Assembly (NCBI RefSeq): GCF_006345805.1
Contig: NC_043003.1
Location: 100,626,001-100,690,000, forward strand
DNA: 64,000 nt
From: Octopus sinensis
Taxonomy: Eukaryota
Direction: 5' to 3'
Positions 50,727 through 63,951 of the stretch are shown piece by piece. Position 1 is the stretch's first letter. Every line of letters starts with the position of its first letter. A program made the translations under genes and the position numbers. The notes under the pieces are model-generated. The model saw only the letters and a list, made by a program, of their open reading frames with translations, searched no databases and was not told the DNA's origin.

Positions 50727-51163
50727 TATATATATATATATATATATACAAGATATTTTTCAAAACAAGACAAGTCTTATTCATGCAGAAGTTACTTTGA
50801 AATTGATTAATTTTGTTTTACTTCAATATCCTCATTTTAGTCACTCAATTGGACTCAAGTTAAGTTTCTTACCATTGTAGCTACTTTAAAAAAGTTCAAC
50901 TAAAAGTCGCTAGGTATTTTATGTAGAACAAATGTTTCCATTCTGACAGTGCTACTGGCTTGCCTTTTATTGGCTTATTAGGTCCCTATTTACTGATGCT
51001 TAATACAAACATAAAATGTAAAATTAAGAATGAATTCACGATGATAAATATGTTGAAAATATAGGTGTTTATAAATGTGTGATGGTGAAAACAAATCGCA
51101 ACCTCTTCATAAACCACTCTTAAAGACTATGTCATCAATGAGCCATTGTTATAACCACTGTTA

Positions 51164-51810
51164 CAGCCCAGAATATACCCCTGTCCAGACTATACTAGGG
51201 GCTAGTCTAGGCTAGTCCAGACTATACCCCCACCAGACAGCCAGCCCAAAATATACCCCTGTCCAGACATGCTTGTGGACAAATAACACAGATGTACCTC
51301 ACTTACAAAAGTTGCCTCAGAACATATACAAAATTTGATATCAATTAATGAAGAATTAAAAGTTACATGTAAATTTCGATTTAAACATAAAAATTTAGAA
51401 TTATCAAATGCAAATATTCAATGTACCAATATAAACCCAATGTATAGGTAGATTGGAAAAAATTGACGATTAGTGCATGTTGCACAGTGCACCTGTATTG
51501 GTGAGTCATAGCTCAGATTCGTGCAAATGTGGCCATTTGTGTTGGATTTATATTGGTACATTTTAAAGTATTCTGCATTTGACAATTCTAAATTGCTACA
51601 TTTAAATCGAAATTTACATATAACGTTTAATTCTTCATCAAGTAATATCAAATTTTATATGTCCTGTGGTACATCTATGTTATTTGTCTGCAAGCATGGG
51701 GCATAGTCTGGACAGGGGTATATTCTGGCCTGCTTGTCTGGAGGGGGTATAGTCTGGGCTAACCCAGACTAGCCCCAAGTATAGTCTGGGTAGGGGAATA
51801 TTCTGGGCTG
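51164..51810. mobile_element. Fold-back MITE, 647 bp, modular TIRs of about 280 bp, TTA target duplication (PIF/Harbinger-like by TSD)
   Basis: tta|cagcccagaatatacccctgtccagactatac ... gtatagtctgggtaggggaatattctgggctg|tta, with internal subterminal repeats tatacccctgtccagac. Confidence 0.88.
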
Positions 51811-52387
51811 TTACGCCGCCAATTTTCAATCCTGTTTAGACTTGTTGCACCCATACCCCCGCACCGATTGATAAAGCCAGAGAGAGACACCTGCATTCAT
51901 GTACGTGCATGTATGCCCTGTACATGTTGCATCAAATGCATTCTATCTGTAAGGTTGTTTTTTAACATGTAAATTAGGGGTTCTGTGTAATGCGTGCATG
52001 TTCAATGGTTCCAGTTTTAGCTAAAACCAGAAAATCTAGGGTTTTGAACATTATAAATCTGAAAATTGGTGACCCTTTCACAAGCCCCCTGAAATTGCTT
52101 TGCAGACACCAGTTTGGGAACCAAGATGTTATAATATCATTATCTGGCATACTTTAAAAATTTTTTCCAGTCAGAAAACTTTTTCTCAAACCTGTTTTAG
52201 GAATTTTTACACTTTCCAAGCCACAACTGCAAGACAAAATTTGCACATATCTTTTACTCCTTACTGCTCCTCCAGTGTTTTTGATAATGTCGTTTACATC
52301 GTGTGCTGAAAATAGCAGTCAGATCAGCCACTTGTATTTGCTGAATTTTCTTTTTGGTACAATTCGTTTTTTGATGACTTACATATC

Positions 52388-53190
52388 ATGGCATATTCTC
52401 CAGTATCTCCAATTGCAGCTGAAAGTCCTAATACATTACCAATTCAAGCTTCCATATCATTCATTTCTCCACAATTTAATGGTGATGTAGACATATGGTT
52501 CTTACAATTAGAAGCAAATTTCGCCACCAATAATATAACTTCAGATGTCAGGCAATCACATTTATTGGTCAGTGTTTTGCTTCCAGTTATAAGTAGTGAA
52601 GCAAAAATCTTATTACCAATACTGTAGATAATCCATTATATTTGTCTTTGAAAGCACACATTTTATGGTGTACATCTTCAAAAGAGAAACAATACCACCA
52701 ATTAATGTATAATGACACTCTAGGTGATAAGCATGCTTCTCAGTTGCTTTAAAAGATGAGAGATTTAGCTGGAAGCAATCCTATTCATGAAAATATGATG
52801 AAACAACTATTTTTCCCTAGGCTCCCCAAGAATGTACAAGCAATTCTGATCACTGTCAAGGGGCATAGCTCCACCCAACAATTGGCTGATGGAATCATGA
52901 ACATTTCTTCTCCAGTTTTACAAGCTTCTGAAAATCCCCTGTTATTTCATCATTATTGATGGAACTATCTGTTTTCCAGGAGGAATTCAATAACAAGATT
53001 CATAATTTAACTGAACAAGTCTCTTGTTTGCTATCTCTTGCATTTCCTCCTCGCTCAAGGTAACAAAGTCATTTGTCTTCTCATAATCGTTCCTCCAGTA
53101 GAAGTACATGGCAATATTGTTAGTATCACCAGAAATTTGGAACTTGTGCTCATAAGTGTGTGTAATGGTAGTGTTATGTTAAAGGTGAAG
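52388..53190 (+). pseudogene. Degenerate Ty3/Gypsy gag
   Basis: Peptides PQFNGDVDIWFLQLEANFATNNITSD, GDKHASQLL.KMRDLAG, LFFPRLPKNVQAIL and a CxYHQKFGxxAHKC knuckle. Stops and frameshifts present. Confidence 0.82.
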
Positions 53191-53333
53191 ATAAAGATGC
53201 TGATGCTGACTCCAACAAAGCAGGACAGTGGCCGAAGTTGTAGATAACATATTCATTTCCACCATTACATACAATTAAAGCCAAACCATGACAAGCTGGC
53301 ATGTATAAAAAGTCGGAAAGCATACAAGGTAGT

Positions 53334-56135
53334 GAGAGTTATATTTTCTTGTAAAAGGGTAGATAGCATTGAACTAGTCATTGTCATTCTAGTAGAAGTA
53401 ACTAAACAGATCAAGTGATGTTGTTGAACTGAAAAGTGAGGGAGTATGAGAGTGTGTGGCAGACGAGACAGCTGTATCATTGGTGAATTCCATAGCTGTC
53501 TGTCTATGATGGTACCTCTGTCTGTTGATGGTCAGGATCTCTCTGTCTGTCATTCTCACTCATGGCCTTTTCCTTACAGAATGCTCATATTTATAATTAT
53601 GTAGACTAGCTAGGTAAATGGGTGTACCAATATAACTATAGCTAAATTAATGTAGGTCAAATTCTAAACAAAGGGCTGACCTTTCCTTGACCAGCACAGG
53701 TCAAGTGTCAAGTGGAGAACACATAGCTCATCCTTCTTTTTTGACAGGACAATAGGTTGTATGGCAAGGGAGAATTTCCAGATTTGCTTTCAAATCTCAA
53801 ACAGGCAGGGCTAAACAAGGTCCTTCACTAGAGAGTTTCGAAAAAAAAAAAAGAAACAATCTAGGAAAGAATGCATGCATACAAATACGCATTTTAGAAC
53901 AAGCAAAGTAAAAGGTATTTCATTGTTGGTGAAAGGGATTGCAGACATTCAAAAGGAAAACCAGTAGCAGAAACCATGCAATAAAAACATGTGAACAATG
54001 CGTGTGCATGAAATGTGTATTGCCAGTGGCCAATGAGAAAAAATATAAAACATTCAAAAACATATGCATATGAATTTAGTTGTCTTGATGGAATTGAGTG
54101 TTCAGGGAATTGAATGTGCTACTTATAAACAAATAAGATGCATGCAAAGCAGAAACAATAGCAAACAGTACAAAATGTTTAAACAAAAGGAGTACAAATT
54201 TGGCTGGCAGGAATGTATGAAATTTAGCTGGCAGGAATGTATGAAATTTGGCTGGCAGGAATGTATAAAATTTGGCTGGCAGGAATGTATAAGATTTAGC
54301 TGGTAGGAATGTATGAAATTTGGCTGGTAGGAATGTATGAAATTTGGCTGGCAGGAATGTATAAAATTTGGATGGCATGAATGTATAAAATTTAGCTGGC
54401 AGGAATGTATGAAATTTGGCTGGCAGGAATGTATAAAATTTGGATGGCAGGAATGTATAAAATTTGGCTGGCATGAATGTATAAAATTTGGATGGCAGGA
54501 ATGTATAAAATTTGGCTGGCAGGAATGTATAAAATTTGGCTGCCAGGAATGTATAAAATTTGGCTGGCAGGAATGTATAAAATTTGGCTGGCAGGAAGGT
54601 ATAAAATTTGGCTGCCAGGAATGTATAAAATTTAGCTGGCAGGAATGTATGAAATTTGGCTGGCAGGAATGTATAAAATTTGGCTGGCAGGAATGTATAA
54701 AATTTAGCTGGCAGGAATGTATAAAATTTGGATGGCAGGAATGTATGAAATTTGGCTGGCAGGAATGTATAAAATTTGGCTGGCAGGAATGTATAAAATT
54801 TAGCTGGCAGGAATGTATGAAATTTGGCTGGCAGGAATGTATAAAATTTGGCTGGCAGGAATGTATAAAATTTGGATGGCAGGAATGTATAAAATTTGGC
54901 TGGCAGGAATGTATAAAATTTGGATGGCAGGAATGTATGAAATTTGGCTAGCAGGAATGTATAAAATTTGGCTGGCAGGAATGTATAAAATTTGGATGGC
55001 AGGAATGTATGAAATTTGGGTAGCAGGAACGTATAAAATTTGGATGGCAGGAATGTATGAAATTTGGCTAGCAGGAATGTATGAAATTTGGCTAGCAGGA
55101 ATGTATAAAATTTGGCTGGCAGGAATGTATGAAATTTGGCTGGCAAGAATGTATGAAGTTTGGCTGGCAGGAATGTATGAAAATGTATTCTATGTATTGA
55201 AAGTTATAGTTTCTTGTAAAAGGATAGATAATGTTGGACTTACTTATTCCATCACTCTAGCAGCCATAACTAAATAGATCAAGTGATGTTGTCAAAAATG
55301 AATAACAAAGGTAAGAGAGTGGTGGACAAGACAACCGTATCGCTGGTGGATTCCATAGCTGTTCCTCTATGATGTTCTGTTGAGATGGTATTTCGTTTGT
55401 GCCAGTCAGCCTGCCCTCTGTCAGTCAGTCTCACTCACTACCTTTTCCTTACAAAATGCTGGTATTTATAATTGTGTAGACTAGCTAGGAAGATGGATAT
55501 ACCGTTATAACAATGGCTAAATTAATGTCGGTCAAACTTTGTTTATCTAAATTTTCAATGGTATACCAAGCTCCTGGGACAAATGGAAAATGCATAGTCA
55601 GCATTCCCTTTTGACAGGACAATAGCCCATATGGCTAGGTAGAATTTCTAGATTCGGTCTCAAATCTCAAGCAGGCAGGGCCAAATGAGGTCCTACACTA
55701 CTCCCCTGCTAGAGAGTTTCTAAAAAAAGAAACAAACGATCTAGGAAAAACTGTATGCATGCATACAAATATGCATTTTCAGACAAACAAAGTGAAAAGT
55801 ATTTTGTTGTTGGTGAATGTGTATAAACTGGGTGTGTGTGAAGAAATTGCAGAGATTCAAAAGCAGAACCTTTGCAATAAAAACAGGTGAACAATGCGTG
55901 TGCATGAAATGCATAATGCTAGCGGCCAACAAGAAAAAATATTATAAAAATATAGAACATTCAAAAACATACGCCTCTGAATTTAGTTGTCTTTGTGGAA
56001 TTGAGTATTTGCAGAATTGAGTACTTGCAGAATTGAGTGTGCTACTTATAAACAAGTAGAACGCATGCAAAGCAGAAAGCGTAGTAAACAGTACAAAATG
56101 TTGAAACCATAGGAGTACAAACTTGGCTGGCAAGA
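53334..56135. repeat. Diverged tandem duplication of a unit of about 900 bp (53334-54213 and 55199-56135)
   Basis: Colinear blocks such as gatcaagtgatgttg, gtagactagctagg, ttgacaggacaatag, caaatctcaa.caggcaggg and gtgaacaatgcgtgtgcatgaaatg occur in both copies. Confidence 0.9.
54196..55180. repeat. Homogeneous 24-bp minisatellite, about 41 copies (AAATTTGGCTGGCAGGAATGTAT[A/G])
   Basis: Read directly; produces the KFGWQECI, MYKIWLAG and PAKFYTFL repeat ORFs. Confidence 0.98.
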
Positions 56136-57059
56136 GTGCCCTGATTTTGAAATGATAAAATTTTATAATTGAAATGCAAGAAAATATGTGCATGTAGAGA
56201 AAAGTTCTAGTGTCCAATAGTCTGGGTGTACAACAGTTTGAGTGGCATGCTGGTTAAATGCAGGATTTGAGCAAAAAGTCTGTGAATGCTAAAAAGGTTG
56301 CACATGCAGGCTTCCATTTGAATCTATACAATATATTGACAATTATTAATGTTCTACCAGTTTGCTAATTTTAGCGATGGTAATGAATGTTTCAGTGCAA
56401 TCAATTCTAAGTTGCCTTTACATTTGTTTATTTATATCTATCCTGACTTCATTTAACAGAATACATTACGTTATCAGACCTTAAACCACATTTCATACAA
56501 CAACCACACCTTCATTTGCTAAAATACAGAGAAATAAACAGAAAATAAATGTTTTTACTAAACAAGAAATCTTTCAATTTGCACAAAAATTTCAGATTTT
56601 CTTCTCAGAGAAAAGTCTTTTTTTTTTGTTTCTTTATAAACTTTGAGACATAGTAAAGGCATTGGACAGCAATTGCTGGTCGGGACCACACTAACTGTAT
56701 TATTAGCAATTATAAGTTACACTGCTATAGTCACTACTACATATATTATCAGTGACTATACATTATTACTGTCATATATTTTATCAGTGACTAATATACA
56801 GGTGAATACCACATGAGATTTTGATCAATGATCTACTATCAACAATAAGTGTTTTAAGCATAAACAAAAGGCCTGACATTAGGGATGGCCGGTGTTAGTT
56901 GATACCATTTAGCTTCAGTATTTGAGCTACTCTTCATTTTATTAACTCTTTCAAGATAAACTCCAAAGTTAATCTTGGTAGGATTTGAAACTGAACGAAT
57001 GCACAAGGTATTTATTCTGATGCCTGGTGATTCAACCAATCCACTACCCTTAACTTCAG

Positions 57060-57545
57060 CTGATCCAATACTACCACTATCACCAGTTAAGTACTGGAGC
57101 CATAGCCTCCAGTACTTAACTGCTACTTTATTTTACTGAACCAAGAAGGAAGAAAGGCAAAATTGACCTCAGTGATTTCAACTCAGAACATAAAGAGCCA
57201 AAAGAAATGCCATAATGCATTTTGTCCAACACTGAAATATTCTGTCAATCCTAATTAGAGTAATAATAATAATAATTCTATCTAATTTTGGCACAAGGCC
57301 AGCAGTTTTAAGAAGAATGGGTTAGTTGGTACCATTGACCCCAGTAGTTGACTTGTACTTTATTTTATCAACCTTGAAAGGAAGAAAGGCAAAGTTGATC
57401 TAGGCACAAGGCCAACAATTATGAGGGGGATGAGTTAATTGATACTCTCATCCCCAGTATTTCATTGCTACTTTACATTTTATCAACCCTGAAAAGATGA
57501 AAGGCAAAATTGGTTTTGGCAGGATTAGAACTCAGAAACATGATG
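57060..57545 (-). mobile_element. Cluster of three partial SINE family A fragments in tandem
   Basis: Variants of gaaaggcaaa(a/g)ttga and aactcagaa at about 57150, 57380 and 57500. Confidence 0.7.
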
Positions 57546-58113
57546 GAAAAATACTGAGAAGTATTACTCTATTTTGCCAGTTCAAGGAAGAGGGGGAAAT
57601 GATGATAATGATTAGATATCACTGATGCTCTACTTGAGCTCTACTGTTAAAATCAGTTGTTTGTTAGGTCTCTTAGGCTTTGCTGTTGTTGTTCAGTCTT
57701 GGGTCAGCTCTGATTGAGCAGATCTAAGCTCAAAGGCATTCCAGCCATAACCACCCCATTTTTTTTATATCTGAACTACATTGTCCAATATGATATACTT
57801 TTTTCTTAACACAATAGAACAGAATTTACCAACACAAGAATAACAACATATTTTTGTTTCACAAACAATTTGACAGCACTATATAATCATCAACCCTTAT
57901 GATACTAACCTGTCTGAGACCACCACTACATTTGCAATAATTCATATTCAAAACACCAGCTTAATAATGATGCAAATTTTGGTAGTGGCAGTGGTGATGA
58001 TGATGAGGATGATGATCAATTACACTGATGATAACGACATTGATGAAGATAGTTATGATGATGACACTGATGATAATGATAATGATCTATTCCAGATTTT
58101 CATACGGACTTAC

Positions 58114-58196
58114 CTGAATGGAATAAATGTGGGATTTGAACTGTTGCTAACTAAAGGTTTATATGCTTCTTCTGGTGTCATCTTCAGATATATAAT
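58114..58196 (-). CDS. CDC14: CDC14-like phosphatase, first exon visible in window (83 bp, IIYLKMTPEEAYKPLVSNSSNPTFIPF-R)
   Basis: Acceptor ctgcag and donor gtaagt. Peptide resembles the CDC14A/B N-terminal domain (xIYLxxTPEEAY...PFR). Its phase-2 end joins the next exon in frame. Confidence 0.93.
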
Positions 58197-59059
58197 CTGC
58201 AGGTTAAGATAAAGGAAAAAGAAAGATTAAATTGATTACAATAACTTCGGTGGGGGGAGGGGAGGTCTAGCATATTTGATATGATAAAACAAAAGTCTAA
58301 TTAATTAGAAAAACATCCTTAATAAAGAGAAAAATTATTAGCTTTAATGATTAATTCTTGTGAAGGAAGTCAAGGGGGACAATTCTAAAATCCAAATTAA
58401 AAGATGAAAAAAAGCATGCTATTTGGTAAGACTTCCTTACTGAGCCAGATCATAGAATGAATGTCAAAATATATAGCTTTTGAGAGAAAAACATTCACTG
58501 ATTTGGTAATTTACTGTAATGAGTTCCAAAATTTTTTTAATTAATTTGAATTATGTTTTGGTCTCAGACATTTGTAACATGCCAGGATTGTCACCATATC
58601 TACCAAAAATAGCACTCATACTTCATGGTATCTACACCCCATTCAATGCCTTGTGTGTTGAATTTAGCCACCAGAAACTATGTAGAAGTCCACCTTATAT
58701 ATGTATATGTGTGTGAGTGTGTATGCATGTATGTTCGTTTTTATTTTTAGTTATTTGAAATCTTCCCAATTTCCAACAAACATACAAAGCTCCATCATTG
58801 GAATGTTGATAACAAAAACAAATTCCTATTTCAAATTTGAGAAAAGTCTTGCATATTTTTACTGTTCCACTTACAGATTGTAATTATAATGTACGGATTA
58901 GCTGGTTGGTTTCTTTTTCTGAAGATCCTAGATTATTCAGAATGTCACTTAGGTAATTTACTCACAAAACTAAGTGCACTAATTATTATAGGCATAAATA
59001 TGAATTTATAATCTGAGTATAGCAGCTGGATTTTTGGAAGCAATTCTTCATAGTTATCT

Positions 59060-59460
59060 TCTTGCTCTTTGATTTTCAAATTGATATTCACATCATCAGG
59101 GCAGTTGACCTCTGTAACAGTTCATACTTTTTCTTGTCTTGTCCCTAACAACAAAATCTGGCCTGAAAGAAGTTTTGATGGAATGTTCTACCAATTTTCT
59201 TTGTGTAGATATTTTTGCATGTATTCAATAACAAGGGGTGGGGGGTTATATTTTATATACAACATTCTTTTTTATCAAATGTGGAAGGTGTGCCTCTCAG
59301 TTGGAGGTCTGAAAAGATATGTTAAGAGAATACACACAATGGCACCTGTTTCTCCTGCCAGCCAGCACAGTTGTGCAGTATGAAATAAAATGTGTAAAAC
59401 TTTGACTGGGCTTAAAAGTCATATAAGGGTATCAATAATGAATCATTTCAGTAAGTCTTT
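59060..59460 (-). mobile_element. Highly degenerate Penelope-like GIY-YIG fragment
   Basis: Minus-strand KKNVVYKI*...TQRKLVEH resembles the Penelope NVVYKIxC...GQTxRxLxxRxxEH motif. Confidence 0.4.
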
Positions 59461-61133
59461 TTGGCAATGGCTTTTCTTGTGTAACGAGCATGCAGCTAAG
59501 ATGTGCATACAGACATACACTCATACATATGAGATCAGGGCAGACAGCCTTTGAATGCATATACTCTCTCTCATGCAGCACCTGCTAAGCAACAGTAAGG
59601 AAAATAAATACATACAAGCAGTTTGGAAAAAACGAGTGAGAGAGTAAGTACAAGACTTTTAAAAAAATAAGTAGTTGGATCACTTTATATAAAATAAACC
59701 CTTTGATGCAGTGTCTGGCATGACACAAGCAATGAAACAAATAAAAAATAAAAAGATACATAGTGCAAATAGATTCCTGTTAGATATATGCCATCTTTGA
59801 TTTCACTTGTATCTTAAATATAGATACAACTTATCAATCTCATTACTTTTTGCTACATATCATTTAGCATTAAAAGGTGTCTTTAGAAGCTTGTCAGTTG
59901 CACTAAAATACCAATTCAATGACATTTATTTCAGAAATAAACTCTCAAGAAAATGGTAAGCACAAGATATACATCATCAATATTCCCTTGAAGTTTGGTT
60001 CAAAACTTGGTTCAAGATTTGGTTTTTTGACATTTTTTTCCCATTGGTTCATGCAAATACATAAATCTAAATATTTTCTTAAGAGTTCTTCAGCCTGTTT
60101 GTACCTATCTCCTTCTTGACTAGATTAAAACCCCAGAAAAGAGTTTAATCTAACTATTAAATCATACTAAATTACTATAACAAAAACTAAAATAAAGTGA
60201 AGATTTGCTAAATCTCAAAAAGTGTCTGTGAGGTCTCTTGGATTATTACAGCTTTATGACAGTACTCTTTTTTGAATAAGTTTTTGGTACCATTCCACAC
60301 AGCTAACAGAATTGAGGCAATATAAAATAACATTTGACCCAGAAGGCACAACAAAATGCAAAGAGTGGATATATTATTTACTTAGAATTTACCTCTGAGT
60401 GAAATACTACATGGAAGACAAATTAGTGTTAATAGACACCAGATGATTCACAAGTTCCTTTAGCATTTAAATGATGTATGAATATTTATATTTTATTTAG
60501 TTACAATGTTTTTATATACATTTTTAATACTGTTTTTGATATTTTGCTGTGAATGTCTTTTGATATATACAATTTAGAAAAATATTGTTACGAAAACACG
60601 AGAGATATTCATTGTTCAAAACAGTGACACAATATAATGGTAATCCTGTTCAAATGTCCAACAATACCTAATTCAATTACCTCAGGTTACTGAATGTAGT
60701 AGGGAGGTGAGTACGCTGGGGTAAGGAGGTAGGGATGTGAGAGAGAGAGGGGGAGAGAAAGAGAGAGAAAAAAGAAACATATTAAGAACCTGACTTCCTC
60801 TAACTTTGGTTGTTAACCAATTTATATTAATGATAAAGGGACTTTTGAAAGCTCCTGTATTTCATACATGGTGCATTATTTCTATAGAAATAACATAGTG
60901 AGCATATTAATCAATAGTAGTGAATAACTAATTTTATTCTCAATTTCAATTAAAGGTGGAAGACAAGAACTCATTATGATGAAGGTTATCCTTCACTGAT
61001 GAGGCCAGAATATGTCAACACATGTCTGACATTGTCGCTAGTATTTGCCAAATACATGAAAATAATGTGGACTCATATTGTTGTTGTTTTCATAAACATA
61101 CTGAATATTTATTTATTTTTAACAGCTCTCATT

Positions 61134-61166
<33 letters not shown>

Positions 61167-63912
61167 GGAATAATAATATTAATTATTTGAAATCATGGCA
61201 TCAAGCATATGTAATTTATTTTGTATGTACAAATTGTAATTTCTGGAATCAACTGGAATGTTAAAATGTTAAAGACTTTTCCAAATATTCAGTAATTTTA
61301 TTATTTAACATAGTTTGCCAAAAATACTCAAAATAACACATTATACATTCTCTTGCGCATTAACCTGCAGACATTGCTTTTCATTTTCCCCCTACAACCC
61401 ACATCCCTAAACAGTGACCTTACTCTCTCTCTCTCAACAATAAGCCAGTGTAACTCCAATAAGACCTGTCTTGCACTCTAACAAATCATCCAACCTACAC
61501 TGGAATGAGAAGTAGACTGACTCACCTCCAACACTAGGTTCACATACTTAACTCACACCATTACCATTACCACTTTAGTTTCTCCCATTTTCCTTCTCAC
61601 TAGCCTCTAACATTACTCTTCTGGTTACCATCTCCACTGCTCCATTAATCCTATCCCAATAGTGTTTGCTCTGTTACTCTGTCTATTTACATTCTCTCAC
61701 AAGAAATCTATTTCAACCATCGTGGAGTTTCTTTTTTGTTTTGCAAGCTACACACTGATCTCCAACAGTGCTGCTACTACAAAAAGCACACAGTACAATC
61801 TGTAAGTTGATTGGTAATTAATTCAAACAACAACACAGAGCTTGAAATGGCTCTTTAGACTTGATGACAAGACAAGCTTTATAGTGCTGGTGCTATGGAA
61901 AAAAAAAAAAAAAACCCACCAATATAACCACTTTCTTATTGCAGACATATCTTTGTAACAGGTTAACAGGTTTGATAGCTGTTAAGTTCTGCTACAACAA
62001 GAACAGTATAGTGATCAGGCCATCTGAAGTTTTCATCATTCAACAAGGATTACACATTCAAGCAGAGCATCTGTAGATGTATCCTTTGCTTGCTTATGTT
62101 GTGCTTGCTGAATGGAATAGTAATCAATGATAGTAAACTGACCAGCTTATCAAGCAACCAATGCTTGGTACACCTTTTATAATCCCCTTCCCAATAATTT
62201 GAGTGAGCAAAGGCTTCTTAGACACAAGACATTCCACCTAATTCTTTTAACTGAGATTGAAAATTGCAACACTAAAATAAATCCATTGTCATCTAGTATG
62301 CATATCTGTGGATGTGTATTTCCAGCTCATCAAGTTTGCATACTTCACCACATAACCCATTGCTAAAGGACTTTGAAAGCCAAAAATGGATAATATGGGT
62401 CTTTCAGTTCTTTGTTTCATACAATTCAGTGAATTAGATAGTTGTTGTTATGAGAAACATAATGTAGTGTGGTGTTTGAAAGTATCTGTACTTTGTAGAG
62501 ATTAGAGTGACAAATGTTTGCATAACATAAATACCATTTCCTAAGTATCAGCTACTATGTTCCAGTGACAAGAAATTATCAAAATGATTGGTAGGATCAT
62601 CAAGTGAGGTTTTATATTAGAGTTTCCTTCTTATCTTAAACAACCAAGGCAGCCCACAAGACAGTGGAGGTTTCAGTCTTTTAGATGGATCTTCTAAGTA
62701 GAACTAGGGGGTCCATTATTTCTTACAAGCGCCTCTATGCCACTATGTCTTGTTACTAGGTACATGTTCATCTTATGCTGGGTACAACTGCCCTTTGACA
62801 GGTTTTGTTTTTCTGCTGCTGGACAGCATTGTTTGGAGCATCATGGCTCTTTTCAACATATGATAGCTGTGATGATAGGCAGGCCTGTAGATAGTGCCAT
62901 GCTTGCACTTGCAAACTAATATATTTCTCATTGAATAACAATTTTATTCTTCCACCATTTAGTCACCACCTCATAACATTATTGTAGATATTTCCTCCTC
63001 TTATTTTTCCATGATACTTTAATCAGTTCCTACCATCTACTGACATACATTTCCTTTGCCTCACACTCATTTGTTTACTCTTTCAATCTATCTATCCTAC
63101 TCTCTTTCTATCTCTCTTGCACACACATACACACAATTGTTCACTTTTTCTTTTTCTACCAATGACAAACATTTTGTAAAATCAATTATTAACCAACTGA
63201 TGTTAAAGTAACATTTATGAATATTTTAAAAGAGCCTCCAAAGGGCTCACATGAGCCAGTACATAACTCCAGTTACATGGTTTAAGAATATAAGATATAA
63301 ATTTCCACCTGGATAGAACCACAGTTTATTTCAGATGACATTCCCAGAATACCTTACACCAACTTTCAAAGAAGAAACTGAATTAAGACATACAGAAAAT
63401 GTATCTGTCAAAAACAAAAATAAAATTTAAAAACATCTTTCAATAAATTCAAACTCATAAGCGGAATTGGGATGAGGTGTTAATCCATTTTGTATCTGGT
63501 CACTTCTATTGATATCAGCAGCTAAATCTCACTGAGCCAAATGTTTAAGTGATTAAATTTAGGATAAGACAATGTACTACATTTAAAAGATATAGGAGGG
63601 CACCATGGCCAGAAATAAGACAAATAATTCTTTAATCAGCTATTTTTCATGCTGCCTTCAGTCAAGTTTTAATTCCTTTGAATTTTGGAAAGAACTGGTT
63701 TTCTTTGCCTATCTTGATCAGAATTAACCATAGAAGCTAATGATTTACTTTCTGTTTACTATGCATGTAACTTTAATTAATAATTAGACAATTTTTGCTA
63801 ATTACATTAAATATGTCAGCTTTCATTTAACTACAGAAACCATCCATTACCAGTCACTCTCTTATTTGTACAAATAGGATCAGGACAATTCAAACATAGT
63901 AACACACACACA

Positions 63913-63951
<39 letters not shown>

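Larger units (their letters stand above)
49822..56524 (+). mobile_element. Composite, decayed LTR-retrotransposon region
   Basis: A direct repeat of about 200 bp at 50224-50420 and 56315-56524; the first copy is followed by PBS-like TGGTGATCTCGAC. A second PBS-like TGGTGACCC (52067) precedes the gag remnant. Boundaries are uncertain. Confidence 0.55.

Noticed and set aside
54196-55180. CRISPR array
   Set aside because: Units are contiguous with no unique spacers, no cas genes are present, and the context is eukaryotic.
54076-55277. Long repeat ORFs (356, 204 and 154 aa) as a repeat-protein gene
   Set aside because: They are open in three frames on both strands only because the unit is 24 bp. 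There are no flanking unique coding parts or splice signals, and in-frame TAG variants occur in one frame.
57967-58212. Acidic Asp-rich ORF on the plus strand
   Set aside because: A (GAT)n-like low-complexity tract plus the antisense of a CDC14 exon.
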